A stretch of DNA of 64,000 bases from a bacterium UBP6_UBA1177. GTDB lineage: Bacteria > UBP6 > UBA1177. Positions 33,933 through 43,205 of this stretch are shown here, one piece after another (positions within the stretch are counted from its first letter, which is position 1; every line of letters begins with the position of its first letter). A program made the position numbers and the translations under genes. Where the stretch lies: NCBI GenBank assembly GCA_002310995.1, contig DBYV01000055.1, forward strand, positions 12,596 to 76,595. The letters are read 5' to 3'. The notes under the pieces are model-generated. The model worked only from the letters and a program-made list of their open reading frames with translations, did not search any database and was not told the DNA's origin.

Positions 33933-35105
33933 TTATTTTATTTCCATTTCCCACGGATGCTGTCTCTGATAGCGGAGAACATTGGTAAGAACCCGTTTTC
34001 TCGCAGCAACAATCTGGTTTTTCTTGTATTCTTCATGGTTTGCACGTCCGGAACGACTTTCGATAAAGCTTTCCTCGTCCAGAATCTGCACTTCAAACGG
34101 GAAGAAAAAGCGGTAAGTCGGTTTTGCCGGATTTATCGGATCTTCCATAGTTATGAGAAGACGGCTTGTAAGCTGTATCGAAGAGTACGAAGTTGAAGAA
34201 TAGAGATTTGTCTCCTCAATGTTCCTTTTCGTGATCTCAGCCTTTTCCTCAGGCGGAATTTCAAGATATTTTTCAAGGAATTCGGCAACATCTTCCTGTG
34301 ACCACGATGAAAGGTCGTGCGATTTCAGCTCTTCGACGCCTTCGATGAAGCGCGGAATGTTGACGACGTTGTTTTTTGTCCTGCTCGGCTTGATATTGGC
34401 GAACGAAATGACATGATTTGTAGCGAAATACCTGAGAACAAGAATGATATCGAGTTTTGTGTAGGTCACGATCCGCACTCCGACACGGTCAAAAATGTCG
34501 GCTGTGACATTCTCCTTTTTGTGAAGAAGTTTGAGAATAAGGCTGTCGCGCGACTTGTCGTTTTTTATCTCGAAAAGTTTAAGGCGTATTGCATCGTCAC
34601 CTGTTCCGAGAAAATATCCCCCCGCAGCACTGCCGTTCAGATGCGAGCTGAAACGCTTGTAAATCTGATTTCTGATTCCTGGCATAAAACTTTTTGCAAG
34701 ATCGTTCTCTACATGGGTTATCGTGTGGGCAACCCGGAGAACAGCGCATGCCCACGCCTGTTCAAGTGTTTTTTCCTTTTCCGAAGCCTTTATCAGCAGA
34801 CTCACGATGTCGTCATCACACAAAATGTCCGGTGGAATTATCAAAGTTTCCGTCTTTCCCTCCGGATCTTCCGCCAGATAAGTCTGGATAAAAGTTTTTG
34901 CCTCGCTCAAAATCGAAGAAACAGTCTCCGCAATCTCAGGATCAGTTATGTCGTAGCCGTAATTTTTTATAAAAAGAAGTCCCGATTCCCTGTCATGGAC
35001 ATTGAGTCTCTCGATGTCGATGAAACTTTTCTGTGAAAAAATCGCGTCAAAAAGTTCAAAAGGGAATTTCAGAAAATTCTTTTCAAGTTTGTTTCTAAGT
35101 TCCAT
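33933..35105 (-). CDS. RelA/SpoT-like nucleotidyltransferase-domain protein (390 aa)
   Basis: An AGGAGA RBS precedes the ATG at 35105. The longer track ORF, reaching 35315, overlaps the GH57 gene. ADIFDRVGVRIVT and FPFEVQILD...ANHEEYKKNQ resemble the D.xG.R.I and E.QIRT...H..YK strands of alarmone-synthetase folds. The assignment is from memory. Confidence 0.45.
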   Translation of the reverse strand: MELRNKLEKNFLKFPFELFDAIFSQKSFIDIERLNVHDRESGLLFIKNYGYDITDPEIAETVSSILSEAKTFIQTYLAEDPEGKTETLIIPPDILCDDDIVSLLIKASEKEKTLEQAWACAVLRVAHTITHVENDLAKSFMPGIRNQIYKRFSSHLNGSAAGGYFLGTGDDAIRLKLFEIKNDKSRDSLILKLLHKKENVTADIFDRVGVRIVTYTKLDIILVLRYFATNHVISFANIKPSRTKNNVVNIPRFIEGVEELKSHDLSSWSQEDVAEFLEKYLEIPPEEKAEITKRNIEETNLYSSTSYSSIQLTSRLLITMEDPINPAKPTYRFFFPFEVQILDEESFIESRSGRANHEEYKKNQIVAARKRVLTNVLRYQRQHPWEMEIK

Positions 35106-35112
35106 ATCTCTC

Positions 35113-37284
35113 CTACACGTCCCAAAGTTTGAAAAGGGCTGCATCATCAGGAACAGTAACTTCAATAGAACCGTTTCCCGGAATTCTTTCGAGTTCGATT
35201 CCTTCGTTTGAAAGAATTTTGAAGTAGACTTTCGCTTTTTCGCCCGCTTTGAAACCGATTTTTTTGGAATAGAGGGAAAACTCCATAACTTCGTCGAAAG
35301 CGGCCTCGCCTGCACCGACCATATCCGCTACTCTGCCCGATTCATTGCTACAGTGGATAAGGAAAGGTGTTTTTTCGATTCTCACCATCGGAAGGGCAAA
35401 GTCGATGTTCTGGTGATCCATCAAAAATCCTTTGATAAAGTATTTTTTGTGTTCGTAGAAATGCATCGGATTCGTAAGCTGGATTCTGAAAAACAGTTTT
35501 TCGCGGTTGAATCCGTAAAGAATTTTGTCAACAAGTTTGATCGAATTGTACATCGCGCCGCCCGCTTTCCGCGAATTTTCGAAAAATCCAGCACCTGCCC
35601 ATTCGTAATAACCGTTATTTCTGCCCGAAATTATTGGATTTATCTCGGTCGTCGGATCTACAAAAAGGCTTGTTTCCGAATTTGACGAAATAGGAATATC
35701 GAGGAATGTCGGGTAGTTCATCCCGAGCAGATTGTAGACCCTGCGCAGATGACGCCTGAAAAGACGGTCGAAAAGCCAGTCGTTTTCAGTTGAAAACTGC
35801 GGACCGTACCACCAGAACCAGTCGCTTCCCTCGGCACGGTAGAGGCAACGCATGACTTCATTGTGAATCTGCGGCTCGACAACGTGGTTAAGGCTGTATT
35901 TCGCATAAAAATCGCGGACACGTTTCAGATAACCCCACGCCGAATTGTCTTCATCGTTTCCGATCCAGATTTCGTAATTTCCGTTTATCCAAGAACCGGA
36001 ATATAAATTGTCAACTACCGGAAACTTGTCTAACCCACATGAAATTACATCACTGCAAGTTGTTGTTTTTATTTCAGGATCGTTTTTCAGTCTCGTAAAG
36101 AGCTCTTTTAAGAAATGTTCTCCGTTATCGGGGTAAGATTCCCAAGCGTTCTCGCCGTCCATAATGACTGAAACGACAGCTTCTCTGTTTCCGTGAAAAT
36201 TAGCCGCAGCGTTTTTCACATAGTTTACAAAAATATCGGCAGCCTGCTCCGGCTTCATCTGCGAAAACGAGAATCCGAGCAGATCGGAAAGATATTTGTC
36301 TCGGAAAAAAGCAGTAACACTCTCGTTTTTCTCAGATTTCAGAAGATATGGTGTGTAAAGCACTTTTGCCTTGTCGGAATTTCCGAGAGATTTCATAAGT
36401 ATCGTTTCATCAGTCGCGAGCCATTTTACCCCTGCATTCGCGGCTGCTTCAATTATTTCAGGTGCGACAGAACCTTCAGCCGGCCACATTCCGTCGATAT
36501 TTCTGCCCCAGGTCTCTTCGCTGAAGCGTTTTCCTTCCTCAAGGTGCCATTTCGCGTCTTCGGGATAGGAAAATTTTGCCGGAAGAGGTGCGCTCATGCA
36601 CCTTTTTGCTATATCGGTATCATAAACCAGCGGAAAAATCGGGTGATAGAAAGGGGTGAATGAAATCTCGATCACTTTTTCTTCGGCAAGACGCCTGTAA
36701 AGCGGAATTATCTCACGCAGAACTTTCCGCTGGATTTCAAGCAGATCCTCTTTGTCGTTTTTAGTGAAACCGCAGTCTTTTCTGTCAAGTTCAACAAGTT
36801 TTTCGAACTTCTCTCGCGCCATGAAACCGAACCATTTCAGGTTGAAAAGAACCTGGAGATCGAGAATTTCGTCATCCGAAAAAAGTTTCGCCGTTTCGAC
36901 CCAGTCGAGCTTTTTTTCGTAGCGCAGCCTTTTGTTGAGGAGCTCGTTGTAACGCGGCGAAGTCCTGACAAGTCTGTCCCAGTTCAGCATGAAAAAGTTC
37001 TTGACTACAAATGCCTTTTGCTCCTCTTTCATCTCGGCGGGATCAAGAAGAGTATGCTCGAGCCATGCATCGGTTACACTGTTTTCAGCATAGTCTTTGA
37101 GCTGCTCGATAAGTGACGGAACGACATTTACAACTCCGCGAACGCCGTATTTTTCCATTGCGAGCGGCAGATCGTAGTAGCCTTTCAGCGCGTGAAGACG
37201 AACCCACGGCATCAGATATTTGTTCCTGATACAGTCCTTGTAAAAAGGCTGGTGCATATGCCACAGAAAAACGAGTTTAGTCAT
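35113..37284 (-). CDS. glycoside hydrolase family 57 alpha-glucan enzyme (amylase / 4-alpha-glucanotransferase type, long form)
   Basis: N-terminus LVFLWHMHQPFYKD, WPAEGSV and DGENAWE. Length is 723 aa, which implies C-terminal DUF1925/1926-like regions. Confidence 0.85.
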   Translation of the reverse strand: MTKLVFLWHMHQPFYKDCIRNKYLMPWVRLHALKGYYDLPLAMEKYGVRGVVNVVPSLIEQLKDYAENSVTDAWLEHTLLDPAEMKEEQKAFVVKNFFMLNWDRLVRTSPRYNELLNKRLRYEKKLDWVETAKLFSDDEILDLQVLFNLKWFGFMAREKFEKLVELDRKDCGFTKNDKEDLLEIQRKVLREIIPLYRRLAEEKVIEISFTPFYHPIFPLVYDTDIAKRCMSAPLPAKFSYPEDAKWHLEEGKRFSEETWGRNIDGMWPAEGSVAPEIIEAAANAGVKWLATDETILMKSLGNSDKAKVLYTPYLLKSEKNESVTAFFRDKYLSDLLGFSFSQMKPEQAADIFVNYVKNAAANFHGNREAVVSVIMDGENAWESYPDNGEHFLKELFTRLKNDPEIKTTTCSDVISCGLDKFPVVDNLYSGSWINGNYEIWIGNDEDNSAWGYLKRVRDFYAKYSLNHVVEPQIHNEVMRCLYRAEGSDWFWWYGPQFSTENDWLFDRLFRRHLRRVYNLLGMNYPTFLDIPISSNSETSLFVDPTTEINPIISGRNNGYYEWAGAGFFENSRKAGGAMYNSIKLVDKILYGFNREKLFFRIQLTNPMHFYEHKKYFIKGFLMDHQNIDFALPMVRIEKTPFLIHCSNESGRVADMVGAGEAAFDEVMEFSLYSKKIGFKAGEKAKVYFKILSNEGIELERIPGNGSIEVTVPDDAALFKLWDV

Positions 37285-37287
37285 GGA

Positions 37288-38538
37288 CTATCTGTCCTCC
37301 TGGAAATTGTAACCTTTCGGAACAACAACGATCCCCTCTTCCGTTACGGTGAAACCGCGCTCCGCGTCCTTCTTAAGGTCGTAACCGATTGTAGTATCCG
37401 GTGGAATAACGACGTTTTTATCGACAATGACATTTTTAAGTTTGCAGTAACGCCCGATCTTGACGTTGTTGAGAATTACGCACTGGTCAAGCTGACTGTA
37501 GCTGTTTACCCTGACACCGGGCGAAAGGACCGAGCGGTTGACGCTGCCGCCGCTCACGATGCACCCTTCAGAAACAAGCGAATCGGTCGCGATCCCGAGC
37601 CTTTTGTGCTCTTTGTCGGCAAAAACGAACTTAGCCGGCGGCATATTGACTTCCGGAAAACCGAAAATCGGCCAGTGGCGGTTGTAGAGGTTGATCGCCG
37701 GCGAGACTGAAACGAGGTCCATGTGCGCCTCGAAGTAGCTTTTTATCGTTCCGACATCGCGCCAGTAAGGTTTTTCGTATTCGTTTTCATCGGGCATATA
37801 GATCGTGTTCTTGAGGAAATCGTAGACATAGACCCGTTTGTAGGGATAAAGTGCCGGAATGACGTTTTTGCCGAAATCGTGCTCGCTCATAGGGTCTTTC
37901 GCATCGTTCGTGACAGCGTTCACTAGAACTTCACGCGAAAAAAGATAGTTTCCCATGCTGACAAGGGCGTAATCAGGTTTACCCGGAATCGGTTTAGGAT
38001 TTTTCGGTTTTTCCTCGAATCCGATCATGCGGTAATCCTCGTCTATTTCGATAACTCCAAAAGCGCTCGCTTCCTTTATCGGAACGGGTAAAGCCGCAAT
38101 CGTCATGTCCGCATTTTTAATGTTGTGATATGTATACATCTGCGAAATATCCATTTTATAGATGTGGTCGCCGCTGAAAACAAAAACATTCTTCGGCGAC
38201 TCGTCCCTGATAAGATTCAGATTCTGATAAATCGCATCGGCACTGCCAAGATACCAGTTCTCACCAGTACGCATCTGAGCAGGAACTGAGTCAACATACT
38301 GGTTGAAACGTGGCGAAAGCCCCCAGTTTCTCGAAATGTGCTGAATCAAAGAATCGCTCATAAACTGCGTCAGAACCTTGATCTGCATAAAGCCGGAGTT
38401 TACGAAGTTGCTCAGAACAAAGTCGATGATACGGTAGGAACCGCCGAACGGAACCGCCGGTTTAGCCCTGTCAGAAGTAAGCGGTGCAAGCCTTTTACCC
38501 TGACCGCCCGCAAGAATCATTACAAGTGCCTTTGACAT
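37288..38538 (-). CDS. glgC: glucose-1-phosphate adenylyltransferase
   Basis: ILAGGQGKRLAPLT, FGGSYRIIDF, YLGSADAI and a C-terminal left-handed beta-helix. Length is 416 aa. Confidence 0.93.
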   Translation of the reverse strand: MSKALVMILAGGQGKRLAPLTSDRAKPAVPFGGSYRIIDFVLSNFVNSGFMQIKVLTQFMSDSLIQHISRNWGLSPRFNQYVDSVPAQMRTGENWYLGSADAIYQNLNLIRDESPKNVFVFSGDHIYKMDISQMYTYHNIKNADMTIAALPVPIKEASAFGVIEIDEDYRMIGFEEKPKNPKPIPGKPDYALVSMGNYLFSREVLVNAVTNDAKDPMSEHDFGKNVIPALYPYKRVYVYDFLKNTIYMPDENEYEKPYWRDVGTIKSYFEAHMDLVSVSPAINLYNRHWPIFGFPEVNMPPAKFVFADKEHKRLGIATDSLVSEGCIVSGGSVNRSVLSPGVRVNSYSQLDQCVILNNVKIGRYCKLKNVIVDKNVVIPPDTTIGYDLKKDAERGFTVTEEGIVVVPKGYNFQEDR

Positions 38539-38674
38539 TTTTCCCTCCGATTTATCTGGTTAAAATCAGTAAAACGCCCCAAAAACATGGTATTATACTA
38601 CTTTTTTTAGAAATTTCGACCTTTTATGAAATTTATTTTTGTATAGAAAAGAGATTCGAATATCAGCCGCCGGA

Positions 38675-39868
38675 TTATATCAGTATTCCCGCTATATTGG
38701 CTGTGAGAAGGCACGCGAATGTGCCGCCGATAAGAGCTTTTATGCCGAGAGATGCGATTTCGCTTCTTCTTTCGGGGATCATCGCGCCGATTCCGCCGAG
38801 AAGGATTGCTATAGAACCGAAGTTAGAAAATCCGCAGAGAGCGTAAATCGATATTACTGTGCTGCGTTCAGAAAGCATTGTCACGGCATCAGCATTCATT
38901 TTTGTGAGAGAACTGTAGGCTATGAACTCGTTTAAAACGGTTTTCTGGCCGAGCAAAGTGCCTACCTGTGAGGTTTCTTCCCAGGGAACGCCCATCAGAA
39001 AGGCGAGAGGCTTGAAAATCCAGCCGAGAATTTCTTCCATTGATGTGCCGAAAAGGGAGAAAAAGTAGTTGAACATAGCGACGAAGGCGATGAAGGAAAC
39101 AAGCATCGCAACAACGTTTATCGCAAGGAAAACCCCTTCGCTTGCTCCTCTTGCCGCGGCGTCGAGAACGTTTCTGTCGGTAACTTCGATTTTGATTCCG
39201 CTCTGGGAAACGGTCTGCGGTGTTCCGGTTTCGGGAACGAGGATTTTTGCCATGACTATTGCTGCCGGAGCGCTCATAACGCTTGCTGCAATCAGGTGTC
39301 CTGCATCAATTCCCATCTGGATGTATGCGGCTAAAACTCCGCCTGCAACTGTGGCCAAACCGCCTGTCATAAGACACATGAGCTCGCTTCTCGTCATGTT
39401 TTTGATGTAAGGTTTGACGATGAGCGGGGCTTCAGTCTGTCCGATGAAAATGTTTGCTGCCGCAGAAAGACTTTCTGCACCGCTTGTTTTAAGGAATTTT
39501 ACAAAAATCCATGCGAAAATACGGACAAAAAACTGCAAAATTCCGAAGTAGTAGAGAACTGCGAAAAGTGACGAGAAAAAGATGATCGTCGGAAGGACTG
39601 AGAGGGCGAAAGAGAACTTGTCAAGCAGACCGCCGAAGACAAAGCTGGAGCCTTCGCCTGTGAAACTTGTGACTTTCGTGAAGCATTTGTTGAGAAAATC
39701 GAAAATGGCCTTTCCCGGCGAGGTTTTGAGAACGAAAAAAGCGAAGATAAACTGGACTAGCAGGCCGTAAATTACGAGCTTGAAATCAACTTTCTTCCTG
39801 TTCTCGCTCAGGAGCCATGCTATGAGGATGAAAACTCCGATTCCTAGCAGACTGATAAACCGATACAT
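38675..39868 (-). CDS. nupC: NupC/NupG-family concentrative nucleoside transporter
   Basis: An AGGAGG RBS precedes the ATG at 39868. The N-terminus MYRFISLLGIGVFILIAWLLSENRKKV is typical of the CNT family. Motifs GSSFVFG and GFSNFGSIAI are present. Confidence 0.85.
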   Translation of the reverse strand: MYRFISLLGIGVFILIAWLLSENRKKVDFKLVIYGLLVQFIFAFFVLKTSPGKAIFDFLNKCFTKVTSFTGEGSSFVFGGLLDKFSFALSVLPTIIFFSSLFAVLYYFGILQFFVRIFAWIFVKFLKTSGAESLSAAANIFIGQTEAPLIVKPYIKNMTRSELMCLMTGGLATVAGGVLAAYIQMGIDAGHLIAASVMSAPAAIVMAKILVPETGTPQTVSQSGIKIEVTDRNVLDAAARGASEGVFLAINVVAMLVSFIAFVAMFNYFFSLFGTSMEEILGWIFKPLAFLMGVPWEETSQVGTLLGQKTVLNEFIAYSSLTKMNADAVTMLSERSTVISIYALCGFSNFGSIAILLGGIGAMIPERRSEIASLGIKALIGGTFACLLTANIAGILI

Positions 39869-39881
39869 TTTTCCTCCTGTT

Positions 39882-40763
39882 TTAGTCAAAAAGCAGTTCA
39901 ACTGCACCGACTGCGCCTGAATCGGTGTGCAGTGCGGCCGGAACTATTTTCACGTTTTTCGCGCTGATTGAAAACGCGAGGGATGAAACTTTTTCCCTTA
40001 TCGGATTCAAAATAAGGTCTCCCAACTGCGAAACTCCGCCTCCGACAACGATAATCTGCGGGTTGAGAAGAGTGGCGATATTTGCTAAAAATGTTCCGAT
40101 TCCGTTAGTTAAATATTCAACGGCTTTTTTTGCGCCTGGATCATTTTTTTTAACGAGTTCAGAGAGTTGTGTTGTTGGAAGCCCTAAAAGCCTTTCTATC
40201 GCCGGGCCTGCGAACTTCTGCTCTAAAATCGAGCCGTCAAGCAGCTTCATCTGCCCGAATTCGCCTGCCGCGCCGTCAGCGCCGTGATATATTTTTCCGT
40301 CAATTATTATCGCCGCGCCGATCCCCGTGCTTACTGTGATATAAAAAACGTGCCTGAAACCTTTCGCTGCGCCGAGCCTTGTTTCGGCAAGCCCTGCGAC
40401 TCTCGCGTCGTTTTCGACTTTAACCGGAACATTCCAGCGTTCGTTGATCAGTTTCCGCACTTCGATATTTTTCCAGCCACTGAGATTGGGGCAGTCGTAA
40501 ACAAGCCCTTTTTCGTGATTAACAGGGCCAGGAACGCCGATTCCTATTCCTGAAAGTCCATTCGGTAAAATATCAATTTCTTTGCACGATATTTCCAGAG
40601 ATTTAACGATGTTATCCATGACAATACCGACTCCGAGCGTTGCCTCTGTCGGGATTTTCGTCTTTGCTAAAACATTTCTTTCTTCGTCTTCGATTACTGT
40701 CAGGATTTTAGTTCCGCCGAGATCAATTCCTGCATAAAAACTTTTGTTATTTGTGTTTTTCAT
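39882..40763 (-). CDS. glk: ROK-family glucokinase
   Basis: GIDLGGTK, ENDARVAGLAE and GTGIGAAIIIDG. It lacks the Cys-rich zinc motif. Confidence 0.8.
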   Translation of the reverse strand: MKNTNNKSFYAGIDLGGTKILTVIEDEERNVLAKTKIPTEATLGVGIVMDNIVKSLEISCKEIDILPNGLSGIGIGVPGPVNHEKGLVYDCPNLSGWKNIEVRKLINERWNVPVKVENDARVAGLAETRLGAAKGFRHVFYITVSTGIGAAIIIDGKIYHGADGAAGEFGQMKLLDGSILEQKFAGPAIERLLGLPTTQLSELVKKNDPGAKKAVEYLTNGIGTFLANIATLLNPQIIVVGGGVSQLGDLILNPIREKVSSLAFSISAKNVKIVPAALHTDSGAVGAVELLFD

Positions 40764-40860
40764 GACTTCTCCAAAAAATCAAAACCCGTTTATTATATCC
40801 GTTTTTCAATTAAAATCCATGAGTTTACCTTATGCCCCGTTGTATTTATTATCATCACTT

Positions 40861-40889
40861 TTGACATAATAAAAATATCGTGCTAAAAA
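40861..40889 (+). promoter_or_regulatory. putative promoter of the 40912 gene
   Basis: TTGACA (40861-66), 17-nt spacer, TAAAAA (40884-89). Confidence 0.4.
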
Positions 40890-40911
40890 TAATAGTTTTG
40901 GGGTGCAGGTT

Positions 40912-41451
40912 ATGAAAATACTTGTTGTTTCCGATACTCACGGCGAAATGCCGCTGGACATGAAAAAGATTAGTTTTGACACCGTGATTCACGCTGGCGA
41001 TATAGGTGACACCACATTTTTCGGTGTATTCGAATCAGCCGTCGGAGAAAAAAACTGTTACGCGGTTTTCGGCAATACCGATTTTGTCCTTTCGGGATAC
41101 CTTCCGGAAAGTGTTTCGGCAGAAATCTGCGGCTTGAAATTTTTCATTGTCCATAATCTGACAGCCCCACACAGAATATTGCCGGCAAACGAAAGCGCGA
41201 TAAACAAAGCTAATGCTGAAATCATAGTTTTCGGCCATACCCACACGCCTCTCGTTGAAGAGCGTGATGGCAGAATTTTTATAAATCCCGGTTCTTTGGG
41301 AAAAGTCGGGCTTACCGGTCACAGATCATTTGCGACTGCCGAAACCGACGAATCAGGCAAAATTGAAGTTAAAATTTTCGATATTGATTCAAAGGGAGCA
41401 ATTATCACAAAAAAATTTAATAAAATCAACGATTTGTTTAGGGAGATTTAG
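40912..41451 (+). CDS. YfcE-like metallophosphoesterase
   Basis: MKILVVSDTHGE, HAGDI, GNTD and GHTH. Confidence 0.8.
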   Translation: MKILVVSDTHGEMPLDMKKISFDTVIHAGDIGDTTFFGVFESAVGEKNCYAVFGNTDFVLSGYLPESVSAEICGLKFFIVHNLTAPHRILPANESAINKANAEIIVFGHTHTPLVEERDGRIFINPGSLGKVGLTGHRSFATAETDESGKIEVKIFDIDSKGAIITKKFNKINDLFREI

Positions 41452-41454
41452 AAA

Positions 41455-43128
41455 ATGAAAAACCTGTCATGGTTAATTTTTACAGTTTTTGCACTTTTTT
41501 GCTTTGCTTCATGCGGCGGCAATGAAAATGACTTCTCTCAGGGAGATGAAAACGAAGGTGACAGCGTTGCCGTTTCACTCAGAGTTGCGCGTGACGCCGA
41601 CAGCGGATGCACGGGAATGGAACTCGATTGCATCACCAAGGAACTTGCGGCTATATCGTTCCAGATAAGAAACGGAAACGGCGAACCCGTTTTTCAGAAG
41701 TCTTTTACGAGAAGCGAGATGAAAAACCTCAAGGAAATCAAAGGTATAAAAAATGCAGATAATGCAACACTTATCGTTTCGGTTTTCCTCGGATCTGATA
41801 TGAACTCACCGAAATGGCAAGGCAAAGCTACAGGATTGAAATTCGAAAAGGGAAAAACTACTTCTGTAACAATTCTCCTTTATCCGCTAGCGACTCAGCC
41901 GAAAGAAATCTCAATGCCGGAAGGACTTACAATTGCAAGATTCGGCCACAGCGCAACTGTTCTTGGTGACGGAAGAATACTTGTTGCCGGAGGATTCCCG
42001 TCATGCGGAGCAAACGGAAAATGCGTGGCAACTGAAAGTGTTGAAATAATCGACATAGAGTCCGGAATGATTGAAAACAAAACTCTCGTAAATCTTAACG
42101 AAAAACGTGCAATGCACACAACTATAGCTTTGAACGACGGAAGCGTCCTCTTTATCGGTGGAGTTCAGGGGTTCAGCGCCACATCGCAGGAAGAAGCATT
42201 TGAAGATTTTCCGATTCTCCCCTACTCGCAATTAAACGCCGTTAAAACAATCGAAAGATATATGCCGCCTTACCCCAAATACAATATGAAAACAAATGGT
42301 TACGGAACACCGATTGCGAATTATACCGAAAACATTCCGGCAGATATTCCTTTCATGGCTTTCCAAAGCATTCACGCAGAAAGGATTTCAGATACACAGA
42401 CAGATGTTTTCTTAGTCGGCGGAGTCGATGAAGCAGGCGTTCCCTCAAACAAAGCATACAAATTCACGATAACGGAAACTGACGGTGAGGTTTCGGTAAG
42501 CGATGCAACCGAACTTGCGGAAAGTTCCACACCGATGATTCTTCCGGCTCTTGCATACAACAACGGTTCGATTTTTGCAGTCGGCGGAAGAAACAATTCG
42601 TCAGAATCGGCTGCATCACTCATTTCCGAGAGTGAAAGCAAAGACTTTGGAGAAAAATCAAACAACATATTTTTTACCAACAGTTTATATGCAAACGGCT
42701 CACTTTATACTTTCGGCGGCATGCCAAATGAATCAGGGAATCTCGTAAATTCCGAGCAGAACGGTATTATAAGAAAATGGGATTTTAACGGTTCTGTCGA
42801 AGCTCCGGACAACAAACTCAGGACATGGGGACAAAACGTAGCTTTTGCAGGTACCCTTTTCGATTCCGAAAGAAACTATCTCATTGTTGTCGGCGGAACA
42901 GACGCTGAAGATCTCTATCAGGTAATCAACGCAACCAACCTTGAACTTTTCGGCAGTTCTCCGACACACAAAATGTCAGATAAAAGAATAATGCCGCAAC
43001 TCTCTGTCGCTCCAGCCGGACCAGCCGGAATCATAGGAGACAGACCAATACTTGTCATAACTGGTGGAACAAGTGCGCTCAACAGCACAGGTTCAGTTGC
43101 AAACTCTATAAAAATCAATATCTTATAG
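41455..43128 (+). CDS. lipoprotein with Kelch-like beta-propeller repeats
   Basis: Lipobox CFASC. Repeats: RFGHSATVLGDGRILVAGG, RAMHTTIALNDGSVLFIGG, VFLVGG, IFAVGG, LYTFGG and LIVVGG. Confidence 0.55.
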   Translation: MKNLSWLIFTVFALFCFASCGGNENDFSQGDENEGDSVAVSLRVARDADSGCTGMELDCITKELAAISFQIRNGNGEPVFQKSFTRSEMKNLKEIKGIKNADNATLIVSVFLGSDMNSPKWQGKATGLKFEKGKTTSVTILLYPLATQPKEISMPEGLTIARFGHSATVLGDGRILVAGGFPSCGANGKCVATESVEIIDIESGMIENKTLVNLNEKRAMHTTIALNDGSVLFIGGVQGFSATSQEEAFEDFPILPYSQLNAVKTIERYMPPYPKYNMKTNGYGTPIANYTENIPADIPFMAFQSIHAERISDTQTDVFLVGGVDEAGVPSNKAYKFTITETDGEVSVSDATELAESSTPMILPALAYNNGSIFAVGGRNNSSESAASLISESESKDFGEKSNNIFFTNSLYANGSLYTFGGMPNESGNLVNSEQNGIIRKWDFNGSVEAPDNKLRTWGQNVAFAGTLFDSERNYLIVVGGTDAEDLYQVINATNLELFGSSPTHKMSDKRIMPQLSVAPAGPAGIIGDRPILVITGGTSALNSTGSVANSIKINIL

Positions 43129-43205
43129 TTCATCACCGCTTAAACTTGTTTTCCTCATTCTTATTCCTATAATTGTTCGGTTTATTTTTGAATCGGCAGG
43201 TATAT

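Noticed and set aside
35106-35315. Long form of the RelA/SpoT-like ORF starting at 35315
   Set aside because: It would overlap the 3' end of the GH57 gene by about 200 nt in another frame. An AGGAGA RBS and the ATG at 35105 lie just after the GH57 stop.
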